A stretch of 62,806 bases of DNA, counting the filler, from Sphacelaria rigidula (lineage: Eukaryota): NCBI GenBank assembly GCA_964200075.2. It is 7 parts of 7 records of this genome, joined end to end, with 100 filler letters (N's around TTAATTAATTAA, not from the genome) between each part and the next. Parts side by side here need not be neighbours in the genome. Positions count along the whole stretch, not along the records: positions 8,989 to 17,876 come from CAXNAA020009833.1; positions 17,977 to 26,863 come from CAXNAA020009834.1; 5 more parts are not named here. One strand, given 5' to 3'. Under the pieces are notes generated by a model. It worked only from the letters and a program-made list of their open reading frames with translations, was not told where the DNA came from and did not search any database. Positions 11,075 through 23,416 of the stretch are shown here, one piece after another; position 1 is the stretch's first letter, and each line of letters opens with the position of its first letter. Made by a program: the position numbers and the translations under genes.

Positions 11075-13135
11075 GTGTGGAACTATTCCACGCGAGCGAC
11101 ATATCTGCTACGCCTGTTCACCCTCCACAATGGAGTACGCGGAGCCCACGGTGCAACAACTTTGCAGACCTCGGTTCAGATGCCGTTCCGTATCCGAGTG
11201 TATCGAGTGCATTTTAGGGGGCTTGAGGTAACTCAATCGTTGGAATTCCCCTCTCCCCCCCATCTGATGACTATGGCATGCATGATCATGAGTACACCCC
11301 CCTCCCCCCCCCGTTTTATCATGGTAGCTGGTGTTGCACAGATGCCACAGAACGAAGCGTTGGGTGAGGGGTTTCAAGGGGTGGCCAAAGGGGACCAGAA
11401 CTAAACCATCATCTATTCCTTGAAGGATAATTTCACGATCTTCGTGCTTGGTGCTGTGTGGTTGACGGTGGACCTCTCCCCTATAACTGAATCGTTCGCA
11501 AACCCCGATTTCTCGTGGGAGTACTGATCTTTTTCACGATCACTTCGACTACTCCCGGAACGCCCCCTGCTTGTACACGTGTCGTTCGTTCCCCGACGGA
11601 CTGGCATGCGGTTGTCGTGTGTGCAGTCTTGAGTATTAGCGTTTTTCCTTTTTATTTGGTGTTTTGCCCGTGCTCTTTTTCCCTTGTTTGCCTTGGAAGA
11701 GACGCACGAGTCGGGAAGAAGACGGCGGACGGGACATTGTGCGTTTTCTTCTTGGGGGTGCAAGTAGTCCGTGTCCGTTTGCCTTTTTGAGTAAGAGCAT
11801 GGGTGAAACCTGGCACGTATTTTTTTGTGCAACGCGTACGGGGTACCAGCAGGTCAATCCGATTTGTTTTTATCGTTTTTTGTTGTTTGTTGAGTTATAT
11901 GCCATCGGCGAAGATGGCTTGCGCGGGAAGATGTGAGAGGTTGTTCCGCGCGTGATGTTTATTCTTGTGTACTGTTCCGCCTATCATTATCATTGTCATA
12001 CAGTATCCTCTCGCCATGTACAGAAGAGTAGGGCAGTGAACTGGGACGCTGTTGTACATTGTACCGTAGCATTTTTTATGTAAATATACGTGAAACTGAG
12101 CGATTTTTTCAATTGCTTTCTCCGACGCTGTTGAGAGAGAGGTTGTGATCCCCGCGGGGCCTAGCAAGCGTGCTTTGGAACCAAGGAAGCGCTGTTTGAT
12201 GCTTCCCTCCATTTTTTCTGCCGGAGAACCGACACTTCGAAACCACGACGTTGCAATGTCCCCCCCCCCCCTCCCGGTTACGGTGAAATTTTGGAGATTT
12301 TGCGCGCATTCCACTTCGTTCAGCCGGGGTCGGAGCCGCGTAAACCACATGTACGTGCATATCGGTTAGGATGTTGTGACACTTTCTCTGCTACGCTCAA
12401 TGTGTTCCGGCGTGACTTCTCCGGCCCATAACGAACCGCATTTGGAGTCATGCCGCAGTAGAGGTTGCACATCCGGGCCCGGATATTCTTCATCGAGAGG
12501 CTCCTGAAGTTAAGAGCTACACTCAAGTATGGGTGAGGACACTTCTGTTTTGGAGTAAAGTTCACTCGGCATGTCTCGAGCCCATCAGAACGCTAATCGC
12601 TGACTTGCTCTCACATACTAAATACTTTATATTCCATATTTTGGCTGAGAAAAAGGGCTCTCAGTGATTTGAACCCGAGGACTTTTTTGTGCATCCCTGC
12701 CGTGTACCACTGTTTGGGCGATCACGATTGCCTGGCAAAAAAGTTGCGTTTGTTGAACGACGTTCACTACATCCGTTCAATTCTGTTGCGTGGAAAACTG
12801 GACACTTGTGTGGTGCTGGTCAGTGATCCAGGCTGGTTCACGCCCATCACCCCAAGAGTATTCTTCTGGGAAATCTCACGCCAATTTTTGGAGCTGGACT
12901 CTGCAATTCGCACACGATATCATGTACTCTGGGTCATTACGTTTTTTTTTCGCGGAAGCGTTTTCTTCTTACTGATATTTCGCCGGTTATCGGGGGTCTC
13001 AGGGTTTTCGGACGCGTGGGGATCACATGCCGTACTGGGACCCCAAATAAGTGGCGAAATGAAATGAAATGAGAAATCCAGTTCATACTAAGTTTTTTTG
13101 TCTCGACGGGGCGAAAAAAGGGACGATACATGTCC

Positions 13136-13395
13136 AGAGGGATGCTACGGTGGGGGTACGCACATATTTTCTGAGGTTAGAATTGTTAGGAGCCCTTTAT
13201 CTCATGCCAAACACGAGTCATGAGATATGTGAGAGTACGTCAGGATTACTATTCCAATGTGCTAGGGATGTCCCGAAAAAAAATGCAAACGGGGGTGCCC
13301 TGACCCATATTCTTGTGCATCTAGAATCTTTAGGAGCCCCTGAACCAGACACGATTTTGCGCAAAAAGTGCACCCCTACCGTAGCATTGCCCTCC
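13136..13395. mobile_element. Small TIR element (MITE-like, ~260 bp)
   Basis: GAGGGATGCTACGGTGGGGGTAC at the left versus GTGCACCCCTACCGTAGCATTGCCCTC at the right (inverted). Confidence 0.5.
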
Positions 13396-14219
13396 ATATG
13401 AAGTCATTTGTCATGACTTTGGGTCAGGGCAAGCATTGTTTAGGAGTTGAGACTAACTTTAGTGTTCAACCTCATTTTCGAGGATAGTCTGTTGTATACA
13501 AGTATTCGATTGGTAGGTGTTACGGAAGGCATTTACTTACTGACTACTGGTGAATTTTCGGTGACGAGCGTGGTCCAGCCTGCATTCAAAAATAAAAATT
13601 CGTGGTACCCATGCTCGTGTAGCTTGCTTCATCGTGTACGGTACACAGCTTGAAATCATGGGTGTTTTTCATGTCTTCGACAAGAAGTGACCAGCAACAA
13701 CATTTGCTATTTAGCTCATTCATTGTACATATAAATACTCTTCCTGTAACTACCGATTTGACTCGTTAGTTGGTACTGATCTGCATCCACGCCATCGCGT
13801 CCGCCAACAAATGACGATCTGCAGCTGTTCTGTCTCGTGTCTTATTCTTCTTGCGGACGCGCTCTTCTTTTCGTGGGCGGTATTATTATCGTACCTACCC
13901 CTCGATTCACCCCAGGCCCTATGCTCAATGGCGTGCGAGGCGAAAGTTCACCGCTCTAGCCCACAGAGTCGAACGGTAAGTTCCGTGTACCGCGGAATGT
14001 ATGAACCCTCACACAAAACCCCTGAACCACCCCATTATCATCGAACACATACGTCAGAGGTCTGAGACGCCGTCGCACAGGAGGAAGGTCCATTGCCCTT
14101 AAATTAAACAAGCAGCACATGTCCACCCATCATCGAACGCGTGCAGTGTCTGAGCACCGTCTCTTCGCAAAGAGTTGGACGTTATCGTGTGTGTAGTGTT
14201 GAACGTCTATATTTAAAAA

Positions 14220-14292
14220 AGCTCGAGGTGAGAATCGAACTCACGATCTCCTCTTTACAAGAGAGGTGCATTAACCACTGTGCTACACGAGC
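14220..14292 (-). tRNA. trnT-UGU: tRNA-Thr(UGU)
   Basis: Minus strand GCTCGTGTAGCACAGTGGTTAATGCACCTCTCTTGTAAAGAGGAGATCGTGAGTTCGATTCTCACCTCGAGCT. Cloverleaf with anticodon arm CCTCT-CT TGT AA-AGAGG and T-loop TTCGATT, followed by a T-run Pol III terminator. Confidence 0.95.
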
Positions 14293-14784
14293 AACTGTTG
14301 ATGTGACCACCCCAATTTTTTTCACATCTGAACTTTTTTGTTGTGAGTTATGTTCAGACTGTCTGTAGTTCGTAGTCATCTTCCACGCGACAAGTTGTCA
14401 CGAGATTACTCAACACAAGTACAATACAACTGTACGGTGACTGACCTCGTGTTCTCCCAAGTGTGACAGGTAAGGGCCCTCGGTCAAAATTCTCGACTCT
14501 CGTGGTGGGTTGAGTGGGTGTGGCGTTTGCGTACTGTTCTGGTGGATGGCATTGCACATTTTTCTCCGCGATGGCTACGCGTTTCTGTTTTATCTGGAGT
14601 AGACCCAGTGCCGAGAGGATACCGTGAATACTGCTCGAACATCAACAACCAAACACTGCATACACCCTCTCTGTGTGCCCATCTTATACTCCCTGGTCTC
14701 AGCACCATCGCTTCGGTCGTCTTTCGTAATTTCCTTGACATAGACTTGTACACCACACTGCATCGTCAGTAGGACATCGTCACC

Positions 14785-14943
14785 ATGCTTGCTGTTACAA
14801 GCACTGCCGGCCGCACTGCAACGCGAGGGCTTGTTGGGCTATACTGTCGAAGATCGCTGACCGCCGCTGCCAGTCCCAAATATGATTACGTGCTCGTGGA
14901 TAAGAGGGAGAGGGTTGGCATCGTTCAGTTCAATCGCCCTAAG
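14785..14943 (+). CDS. ECHS1: Mitochondrial enoyl-CoA hydratase (crotonase family), exon 1 only
   Basis: caccATG...AAG|GTGAGT encodes MLAVTSTAGRTATRGLVGLYCRRSLTAAASPKYDYVLVDKRERVGIVQFNRPK, an Arg/Ser/Thr-rich presequence followed by the crotonase VGxIxxNRPK motif. The next exon (expected ALNAL) was not found in this contig. Confidence 0.8.
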
Positions 14944-17876
14944 GTGAGTCGGGGGAGTTGATCGTCTAGCTACTAGTTTCCACCCGTACGTTTGGTCTAC
15001 CTCACTTTCTGCCCTGTCCACGGCTCGAAATGGCTCCTGTACGACACTCTCTGTGCAGCAGCTGCACTGTACGGTTGTACTGGCTGTACAGCGAAGGACA
15101 GAAGATCGCAACAACAGTCAGTGCAACAACGAAAAATTACGACAGTGCAACAACAACAACAACAATAGTGCAGCACCAACAGTGCAGTCGGTGTAGACAA
15201 CGGTACAGACGGCTCCATTGCGTGATACCTCATCGGCTGCGTCGTACACTATTTTCAGGAAGCGAACAGTATACCCTATCGTGTAGACAGTCCCCCAGTG
15301 ATTTTCAATTTTTGAACTTTGAACGAAAACGTTCCGTACTAGACCAGCCAGGCGGAGTTTGATGTTGAACTTTGGACACTCCGCGCAGGAGCAAGTTTCA
15401 CATGAAGGTCGCGACAAAGAGCTGCAGTACTGTAGCTATTACGCCATATCCATTGTTTTGACACAACACAGAGCACGCAATCAACGCTAGCGCCTGCGTT
15501 GACTTCCCGGCAGTCGCTCTGAAGACAGGATGGATATAATATACTGTGCTGGTGGCTGCTGCAATTAAGTCGCATATGTGGAGACAGGCTCCTTTCAGCA
15601 CCTTGGACGCGAAACAATCCGAAACGACACATTCACGAGGCTGACATTGAAAGCCGGTACTGTATCCCCGACGCTACAGCTAAACAACTCCTCTCTGTTT
15701 GCAAGTACCCAACTTCACAGACAATATTTTGAGCGTCTCACGACTTCCACGCTCAATCTCTAGTCACTTATGTCATGGAGTCAGAGCGGCAGTTGCTGGT
15801 TACATATTTCCAGCGCTTGTGCTGTAGCTACCGTCGATCTGATAGTTGGCGCACAAAATATAAATGCCGATTTTGTATAAAGTTGAGCTGTACGGGGATG
15901 CATCGACGATAGGTGGGGTTGTGCGTTAGGATCATTTCACGTTGGTCAATGGCAATGCTTTACGTGGCCATGTATGGATACTTCAGAGCGACACCGTTGT
16001 AACATTGACAGCTAGGCTGTCTGATCGGGACCGAAAAGTCGTTGTTCTCAAAATCAGTTTCGAATTCCACCCCTGTGATTGGTCGGGTCGACTCAATCCC
16101 CCCAAAATATGCCCGAAAAACGTGCGCTACACGAGTACGCGGGAAAACTCATCCTCGATAGACTTAGGATTCAGGCATGTTTGGACGAACAAACGGTCCG
16201 TTCGCTTCAAGAGGAACATAGGCGTAGCGATCGACGGATGGGGGCGCATGCGAAGATATGCCGCACTATCCAATCCAACGGAACGTTTACCTGAAATCCT
16301 CATATCCCCCAGTTAAACAAGAGCATCAGGTCGAGCCGTACGAGTAGCTGGGTACGACAAGTTTATATTTAGTTCCAAGGGTCGGAGAAATAATGATTTG
16401 TCTGTAAATTACTTGGTTTTGGTACAATGAGTCGACTCGTGACGAATCAATCCCAGGCTATATTTCAGCGTTGCAACCCAGGTAAACGCAGCCCAGACAC
16501 GTGGAATGGCGCAAAAGTTGCGTGTATACCCCTTGGACCAGCGATCACCTTTTTTCTCCCTTTTGGGCAATCAGGCTGAAGAAATAATGAATTCGGTGAT
16601 TTTGAGTCGTAATGATTTGTGCTAACCGTGTTTAGTTCACATGTTACAATCTCTAACGCCACAACCATTGAACCGAAACATGACACCAGCCTCAGATCGC
16701 AACGGCACGATGTTACATAGCACTCCGCGAGGGCAAAATACCGACGCGTTGTGAGTTGTGAGTCTTATTCTTGTGTCGATGCGGAGAGACTGAGGCACCA
16801 TTTCCGGGGAGAAAGGGGTGTGGTTGTTGTGGCGTTCGTGGACGGCAAATGGGCAGGAAAAGAGCCGAATGTGTGGGCGCCATGGTTGGAGTTGGCGTGT
16901 TGATTCCCTTGCGCGCAGTGTGCCCCATCAGGTACAGTATGGAAAGCAATGCCCCAGGACAGGTACTTTCTGGGCCGACTGGGGGACCAGATAAGGTACA
17001 ATCGAAACATAATACCTAGATCAGGTATACCTGGCCGAAATTTGTCCTAGAAAGGGGAAGTAGTTTCTGGAGGCGAGACGTCCTTCTGCTCATGGCCATA
17101 TCTCTCAAGTAACATGTTTTTTTCTATTTTTTTTCGAGGCCCGAGTGCCGAGAAGCCCCCCCCGATTGCTGTGCGTGAAAAATTCGGAGCGAAGTCGTTC
17201 TAGATCGTGTGTGTTTGCTATTTTCGCGTGTCTGGAGATTCTTTGTACCTTTCTTGGGTAAAATACGATAAGGTATACCTTTTCTAGGCAATTGCTCATA
17301 TCTTTATCCATACACCACCTGATCAGACCACCGAACTTTGCCACGTATGGCGAAGGCAAATGTACACAGGTGCATCACGTTCCAATGCGATACTGTACAC
17401 TTTTGTCACAAAAGGAAAGAAGCTGGGGCAAGGACGAAACCACGAGCGGCTCAAATCATACCATGTTTGTGAGGAGAAGAGCTCAAGCTTGGTCTTAAAC
17501 AACAGCTGCTGGCATGCTGTACTAGTGTACTAATTTGCAGCGCTTTCACGACCTGGACAATGGATTACAGTCAAAAAGTGTGCTGCGTACAGTACCGAGT
17601 ATTGCGTCTAATGCAATGGACAGGAGATTCCATACTGTGCGCATTACATTTTTTGTCAACGTCATTTATTGTCCAGGGTGTGCGGCGGCGTTTGTTGTGC
17701 AGTACAGCGTACGATGTACAAGAAGGCATCTCAAGGCTGTCGTGTTCGTGAGCAATACGTCGGGGCGTGCGTACTCCCATGTGTGTGCAAATTATACGTG
17801 ATTTATATAGTCCTCCGTTCCCCGTCCTCCGACGAAGGCCATGACCGGTCTTGTCGGTACGGCGTGGGGAGGGTCT

Positions 17877-17976
17877 NNNNNNNNNNNNNNNNNNNNNNNN
17901 NNNNNNNNNNNNNNNNNNNNTTAATTAATTAANNNNNNNNNNNNNNNNNNNNNNNNNNNNNNNNNNNNNNNNNNNN
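17877..17976. other. Artificial contig linker
   Basis: 44N-TTAATTAATTAA-44N. Confidence 0.99.
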
Positions 17977-19292
17977 ATGGACACAATCCCGGGGAGCGGT
18001 TGATTCTCATTTCAAAATACGTTCTCATTTTTCTGGCAACCCTGTTAATCAGTACAGAACGGAACAGAAATTAACGGTTTAACGTTATTATTAGAAAGCA
18101 ACGAGCATCAAACGGTTTGCAAGTTGGAAAACGCGGAATTTCGTAGAGGAGAACCTATATGTTTCTCGGCGAGTGTTACATGCGATTGCAAAATCTCTGC
18201 CATCTTGCTTCTACACCTGACGGGAGGACAGGGAAGCCGCAGTTCCTCAGAGCACTAGAGATATTTGAATCATGTTTACGTAGTTGAAAAAAATGAAACG
18301 GCCTGTTTTTATTGAGATTGGGAAATTTGGTACATGTTGCTGCGCCGGGTGACCTCTTTGCAGACGCCAGCCAGTCCAGTAGAGCGACGAAAGCTAGCTA
18401 TGATCGGGTTTGCCTGCCGTACTGTCGCCAGCGTTGCTTGAAAGCCACAAGACCTTTGCGGTTGGCGGTTCACGGCGTGGGTGTCAAATGCAACGAAAAG
18501 TGGTTGATCATAGAGCACCCTCGTTCTTCGTGGGCTCATATGTCGCCCCAGGTGGTAACGCGTGACCTCGTCACATCGAAATTCATTCTTGAAAGCTTCT
18601 GTACCGAGGTGTTCACGCAGCCAGGGCGTGCTCCAGATTGCAGCATGGACGCACCCCTCTACACCACGCTCGCAACGGTAAGATCACTACCATAGGCATC
18701 TTTTTCCACTCCGCATGTCAACAAGGTCTCCACAGGTGTTTGATGTCTCATACACCCCTCCCCCCTCCAACTGGCGTCTCGCGCGCTGTTGTCGTTGGGC
18801 ACCCAGAGGGTCGCTCACATACATGTCGGGTAAAATCAACGATGAATACCACCCCCAAAGTTCAAATTGGATATATATGTTGTTTTCGCCGCAACACCGC
18901 CCTTCCTGGCATGTGTGTGACAGAGGATGGTACTAGCGGTGACGGGAGCATTGCCCTACTTTTTCAACGACATGTTTTTCAGCGCACAGAGGCGCGTCCT
19001 GTCCAAAAAGAGAGGCAGAGAAAAATCCATCTTCGCATTCGTGAGCTCGACAGGCAATTGTAAGACGAGAGAAAATCTCTCCGCAGCTCGATGTTTCGGC
19101 ACATGGAAAATTTGGCACATGCTGGTAAGATCGATGATGCCAGTCTCTCGGGAGTTTGGTAATCGCCAAGCGGGGACACGCAAAGGACGCGGGCGAGGAG
19201 CTTCCTCTCTGTCGTTGCTTCTCTCTCTGGTGATATCGTCACCGACACGCGTGTACACCGCATTCGTTTGGTACACCTAGCCACAGCTGCTT

Positions 19293-19302
19293 NNNNNNNN
19301 NN
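19293..19302. other. 10-N scaffold gap inside contig 3
   Basis: Run of 10 N with no linker core. Confidence 0.95.
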
Positions 19303-22300
19303 ATCTATGGCTTCGCTCGGTCGTGAATGTTTCGCGCCATCCCTGCAAAAAAGAAATGCTACTTTAACCTCATTTTTGAGACGGACCCCATTTTTTAGGA
19401 TTCGCCATGTGCGATTGGCCCAATTCGCCCGCATCAATGAGATACGGCTGTGACAGCTCAAGCCCGTCTCGAGGCTGGACCGGTTTGTATATACTGTACC
19501 TCTCCGAGCAAGACTACTTGGAATTGATGAAGGGCGGGCATCGGGGAGCTCAAGATGTTTCTGACGTTTCATCCCTTGAAAGAAGACTATACGTGAAATA
19601 AATAGAGGATTCAGGTTTGGGCGCTGACCATGTCCCAAATTGTAACAACTTGCCTCAGGGGGCGCTGAAGTTTCAGGCACGTCTAACGTTTTTTTCCGGG
19701 AAAATGTTTCAACCCTTCGACCGCCGACGTCATACTATTATGTAGGTCATCTACGGAATCGGCTACCGATTTCACTTGAAGAAATAATGCATTATCGAGA
19801 TGACCTGCACTTGCGGTAAAGGAATTGAAAACATGGGCGCACGCTCAAGGCGCATTTGGGCATATACCCATCTATATGCCTACACCCGTATCTCGAAATG
19901 TTCCGCATGTGGCGTGCCTGTCTCCACCCGCTAAAAAGCACCTGCAGCGATCCTCAAAGGCTAGAATCTACTCAAAGGTCCACTGCAGCTCAAGTTGTGT
20001 AGACAAGGCCCAAAACATCACAACTACCCCGTGTGTAGCCCTTGGCGTTCGCGAGCGATTCACTGTGGGGTCTCCGAAATAGTAAGACTTTTGTCAAAGC
20101 AATAGGCCCTAAGTTTAGATTTCACATTACCGAGTGCTCCGCGCCGGCGAAAGATCAGTGCACAACAGATATCACAAAAGGGAAGGTATATGCCGACGCA
20201 AGAGATGGAGGTTAAATATCCACGGGAGCGAGGCGTCTCATAAACAGTCTTGCCCGGAAGCGAGAGCCTCCTCCCTGATCGTCAATTTCCCTCTGCCGTG
20301 TCGCCGTGTTAAATGCCTTCGAGAGCTGAATTTCTCGCGGAATATGCATCGCGTCGTACCCTGCGACACCATGCCTGCTCCTACTGCCTTTAGCGGGGGG
20401 TTTCGTTAATGCAGGACCTAGCGCGCTCAAGCAGTTGGCGATTATCGCATGGAATCTCATTCTGCGGCTGCGGCGGCATACTGCATCGCGGGCGCCCCGC
20501 GGGAAATTGTCCTTTACGAAGTACACACCCCTCGGAATTATGAGTCACACTGCGAACATCTCCACTTCCGCGGAGGGAACCATGCCCCGACGCCCAAAGG
20601 TGTTACTTGACTCTTCACTGCCGAACCTCTGGAGCTGTCCCCACCCCACCTCTCAAAAAGCTCCATCAATCAGTTTCCATGCTACAATCCAACAGCGATA
20701 CAACAGTGGGTCAACTTACGACAGCACGATCGACAACGCTCTGGCATCACTCGGTAGCCGTCGTTCTCTTCCGCCTTCAAAACGAAGCACCCGAGAGTAA
20801 AAGCACGCCTCATGAAGGAATCAACCGGCGGCGCTGCCAAAAAGGCGACGAACGTCTGCTTGCAGAAGTGAAAACAATGGAGTGAAGCTCCGTCCAGAAA
20901 TTTATGGAAATTTAGTTGGTGTATATACTCGTGCGTCATCCCCAGCTTATACTACTATTATTATTACTATTAATACTACTGCTATCTCGGACACTAGCCC
21001 GATCTCTCGAAACCATGGTCACAGACATGGGTTTGTCTTTCAAATACCGTCCCTGCTATTCCTTACAAGAGATGGGCGTCCCAGTGCTTCTTCTGAGATT
21101 CCGAAACAATAAATAAAACAGCACCTACTGGCCTGATCCTACCCTCTTCGCCTCGCCAACATCGGTGGGCACCTGAAGGCAAACGTAGCACACGCGGTGA
21201 AAATGAAACGTCCGGGTAAAGGACCGAACGGGGGCGAGTCGTGTTCGATTAGTGTATGATGGGGTAACACCGCAGGACAGTTGGAAAAATGAGAGGGCAT
21301 CGCCACGCTCTAAGTACTGCACGCGCGCATCATGTCGTCAACACGCGGGACAGGGTTGCAGTCGTCGTTCTGGCAGATAAACTGGCATAAATGGTCAAAA
21401 TATGGGACAAACCAAAAGTTGCTTCTGAAAAGAGTTGCTCGAGTAACATTCGCAGCATATTTGACGAGCACGGCAGAAACAAATGCGCAGGCGGTGGCAG
21501 TGCTGCTGGCATACCCTGCTCAACTTGGTGCAGGAGGTAAATACAACAGGGCAAGAGGATATGGGGTGCACTCAGGGGGACTCAAGGTGTGTCTTAACAG
21601 GTCGGATATTCAGAAGGAGAACGCGTTGTTCAATCGAAGGAACCGTCAATTGAGGGCTACTTCGTTTCTGGTCATCCCCCCTGTTACGTTCGCTGGTCAG
21701 AGCCAATTTACTGCCATGTAAAGGCGCGTGAGGATGGGTCAAAAAAGAATCCTGGGCGATTGAACAGAAGTGGGATGGGGGGCGTTTGCCTCTGCTCCTG
21801 GTCACTGAATATGTTCCATGACGTTTGTGTGCAAGGCCATGAGCCCAAACCGCGAAAAAAAAAGAGAAAAATCGGTTCCGCTGCTCCCTCATGTTTTTAC
21901 ACTCATTTTCTTTCAAGATACAGAGACACTCGCAGACCCCACCACACCTACAGCTACCGACCCTGCCAACTGTAGAGCCACGTCAACACGCCACCCCGTT
22001 CACACTCGAATCGAGCGATATCAACCATGGATAAAATTGCTCGCAAGTGGAACAAACTCTACAGACAACAATGACCCAGCCGACTAGAGCACACGGCAGC
22101 TCATGGTATAGTCGTTCGCTTCTTCCCTCGTCTGGGCCCTCGTTTCTACATAAACGGCAAAACACACGGATCATTTTTTTATCCCTTGCTCCCCCTCCCC
22201 CCTCTCATTTAATTTCCCACCGCTGACACAACCACCCGATCATGACTCCCGTCTCATCCCTGCTCCCGCTCCCTCTCCCAGTACCACGGACCGGCCATAC

Positions 22301-22325
22301 TTGTACACAGCATGTTAGACAGAAA

Positions 22326-22678
22326 GAGAGGCGAAACGTGCCGTGGAACTTCGAGATGGAGAGCTACTGATGGTGGTCGACATCCAAACCGTTGACCTCC
22401 AAATTAGACAGGTCGCACGGATCGTCACCATCACCACTGCGGACGTGTGCACTAGAAGACATGATACAGGTAGGATGTAGGTCGTGATGGGTGGCATCCC
22501 ATCCCCCCCCACGATGTACATCCTACCTGTATCATGCCTCGTAAAATGGACGTGTGCGGCAGTAGCAGTGCCGATTCGTGTGCTCTGTCTGACTTGGAGA
22601 TCAACGGTTTGGATGTCGACCACCGTCGGCAGCTCTCCGTCGAAGGAGTTCAAAGTTTAAAGGCACGCTTCGCCTCTC
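22326..22678. repeat. ~350-bp foldback (long inverted repeat) inserted in the transposase remnant
   Basis: GAGAGGCGAAACGTGCC..GTGGTCGACATCCAAACCGTTGACCTCCAA..CATGATACAGGTAGGATGTA mirrored by TACATCCTACCTGTATCATG..TTGGAGATCAACGGTTTGGATGTCGACCAC..GGCACGCTTCGCCTCTC. Confidence 0.9.
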
Positions 22679-23416
22679 CATTTATGATAACATGTGAGAT
22701 GACGAACACTGAACAGAACCGGCAAGGCTCAGGGCTTGGTCCGTCTGTATCGCTGATACCGGAAATCGAAGCGATTGTCATTTAACACGCTGAGAGACTG
22801 GTACGTAGACGTAGAAATATAGCAGGCGTGCACAACGGCGGCTTGAAACATCCAGCCAGCTTACTGTTCGATTGCAGGCAGTGCGAGTGCTGAAGGTGGT
22901 ACAACCGGAACACTGTACTTTGTACAGTGATCATTCTAAGAGGGGTCGCATCGTTAACGTTATGAGCGCCGTCACAACATAAACGAGCAACTTCAGGGAG
23001 AAGAAACACCGCCTAAGCAACATAATCGAGCGGGAAGCGAAAATGAAGAAGCATGATCGATAGGTACTGACGGCCGTAACTCAGGGCATCTCCACCACAA
23101 GAACCATTAGCACAATCTTCTCTGAAAAGCAGGTGCCACCAAGATAGAGGAGCATAATATAACAGAAAAAAAAGTGACTCTTGAGTATATAACCCTCCAC
23201 GCGAAGGCCAACATGTTACGTAAAGGCGTCACAGAATGCTTCGAAATTTGTCGTTGTTTCCAAAACGTCTTCTCTGTGTGTTCTCGCACGCCCTCAAAAC
23301 CCATATTACAGCGCAAGATTGCTCGCAACAAAATACGTACAGCCATTGGCAACGCCGCTACAAATTCACGCGATGAGACAAAAGTCCCGCTTAATATCGT
23401 CTACAACTTTCGCCTG

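Larger units (their letters stand above)
18309..23416 (-). pseudogene. Degenerate Academ-like DNA transposase with XPG/PIN-like region (many stops and frameshifts)
   Basis: Collinear minus-strand fragments: WHLLF..CGG (~23100); LCCDGAHNVN..TVQSTVF (~22950); FMRRAFTLGCFVLK (~20800); VVVMFWALSTQ..WTF (~20010); WRILKN..K..VAFLF and SEAID (~19300-19420); IIDL..LVLQL (~19100); WLREHLG..DEVTRYHLGRH..Q..CGF (~18450-18630). This matches my recollection of the AcademX motif order. No TIRs were located. Confidence 0.5.
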
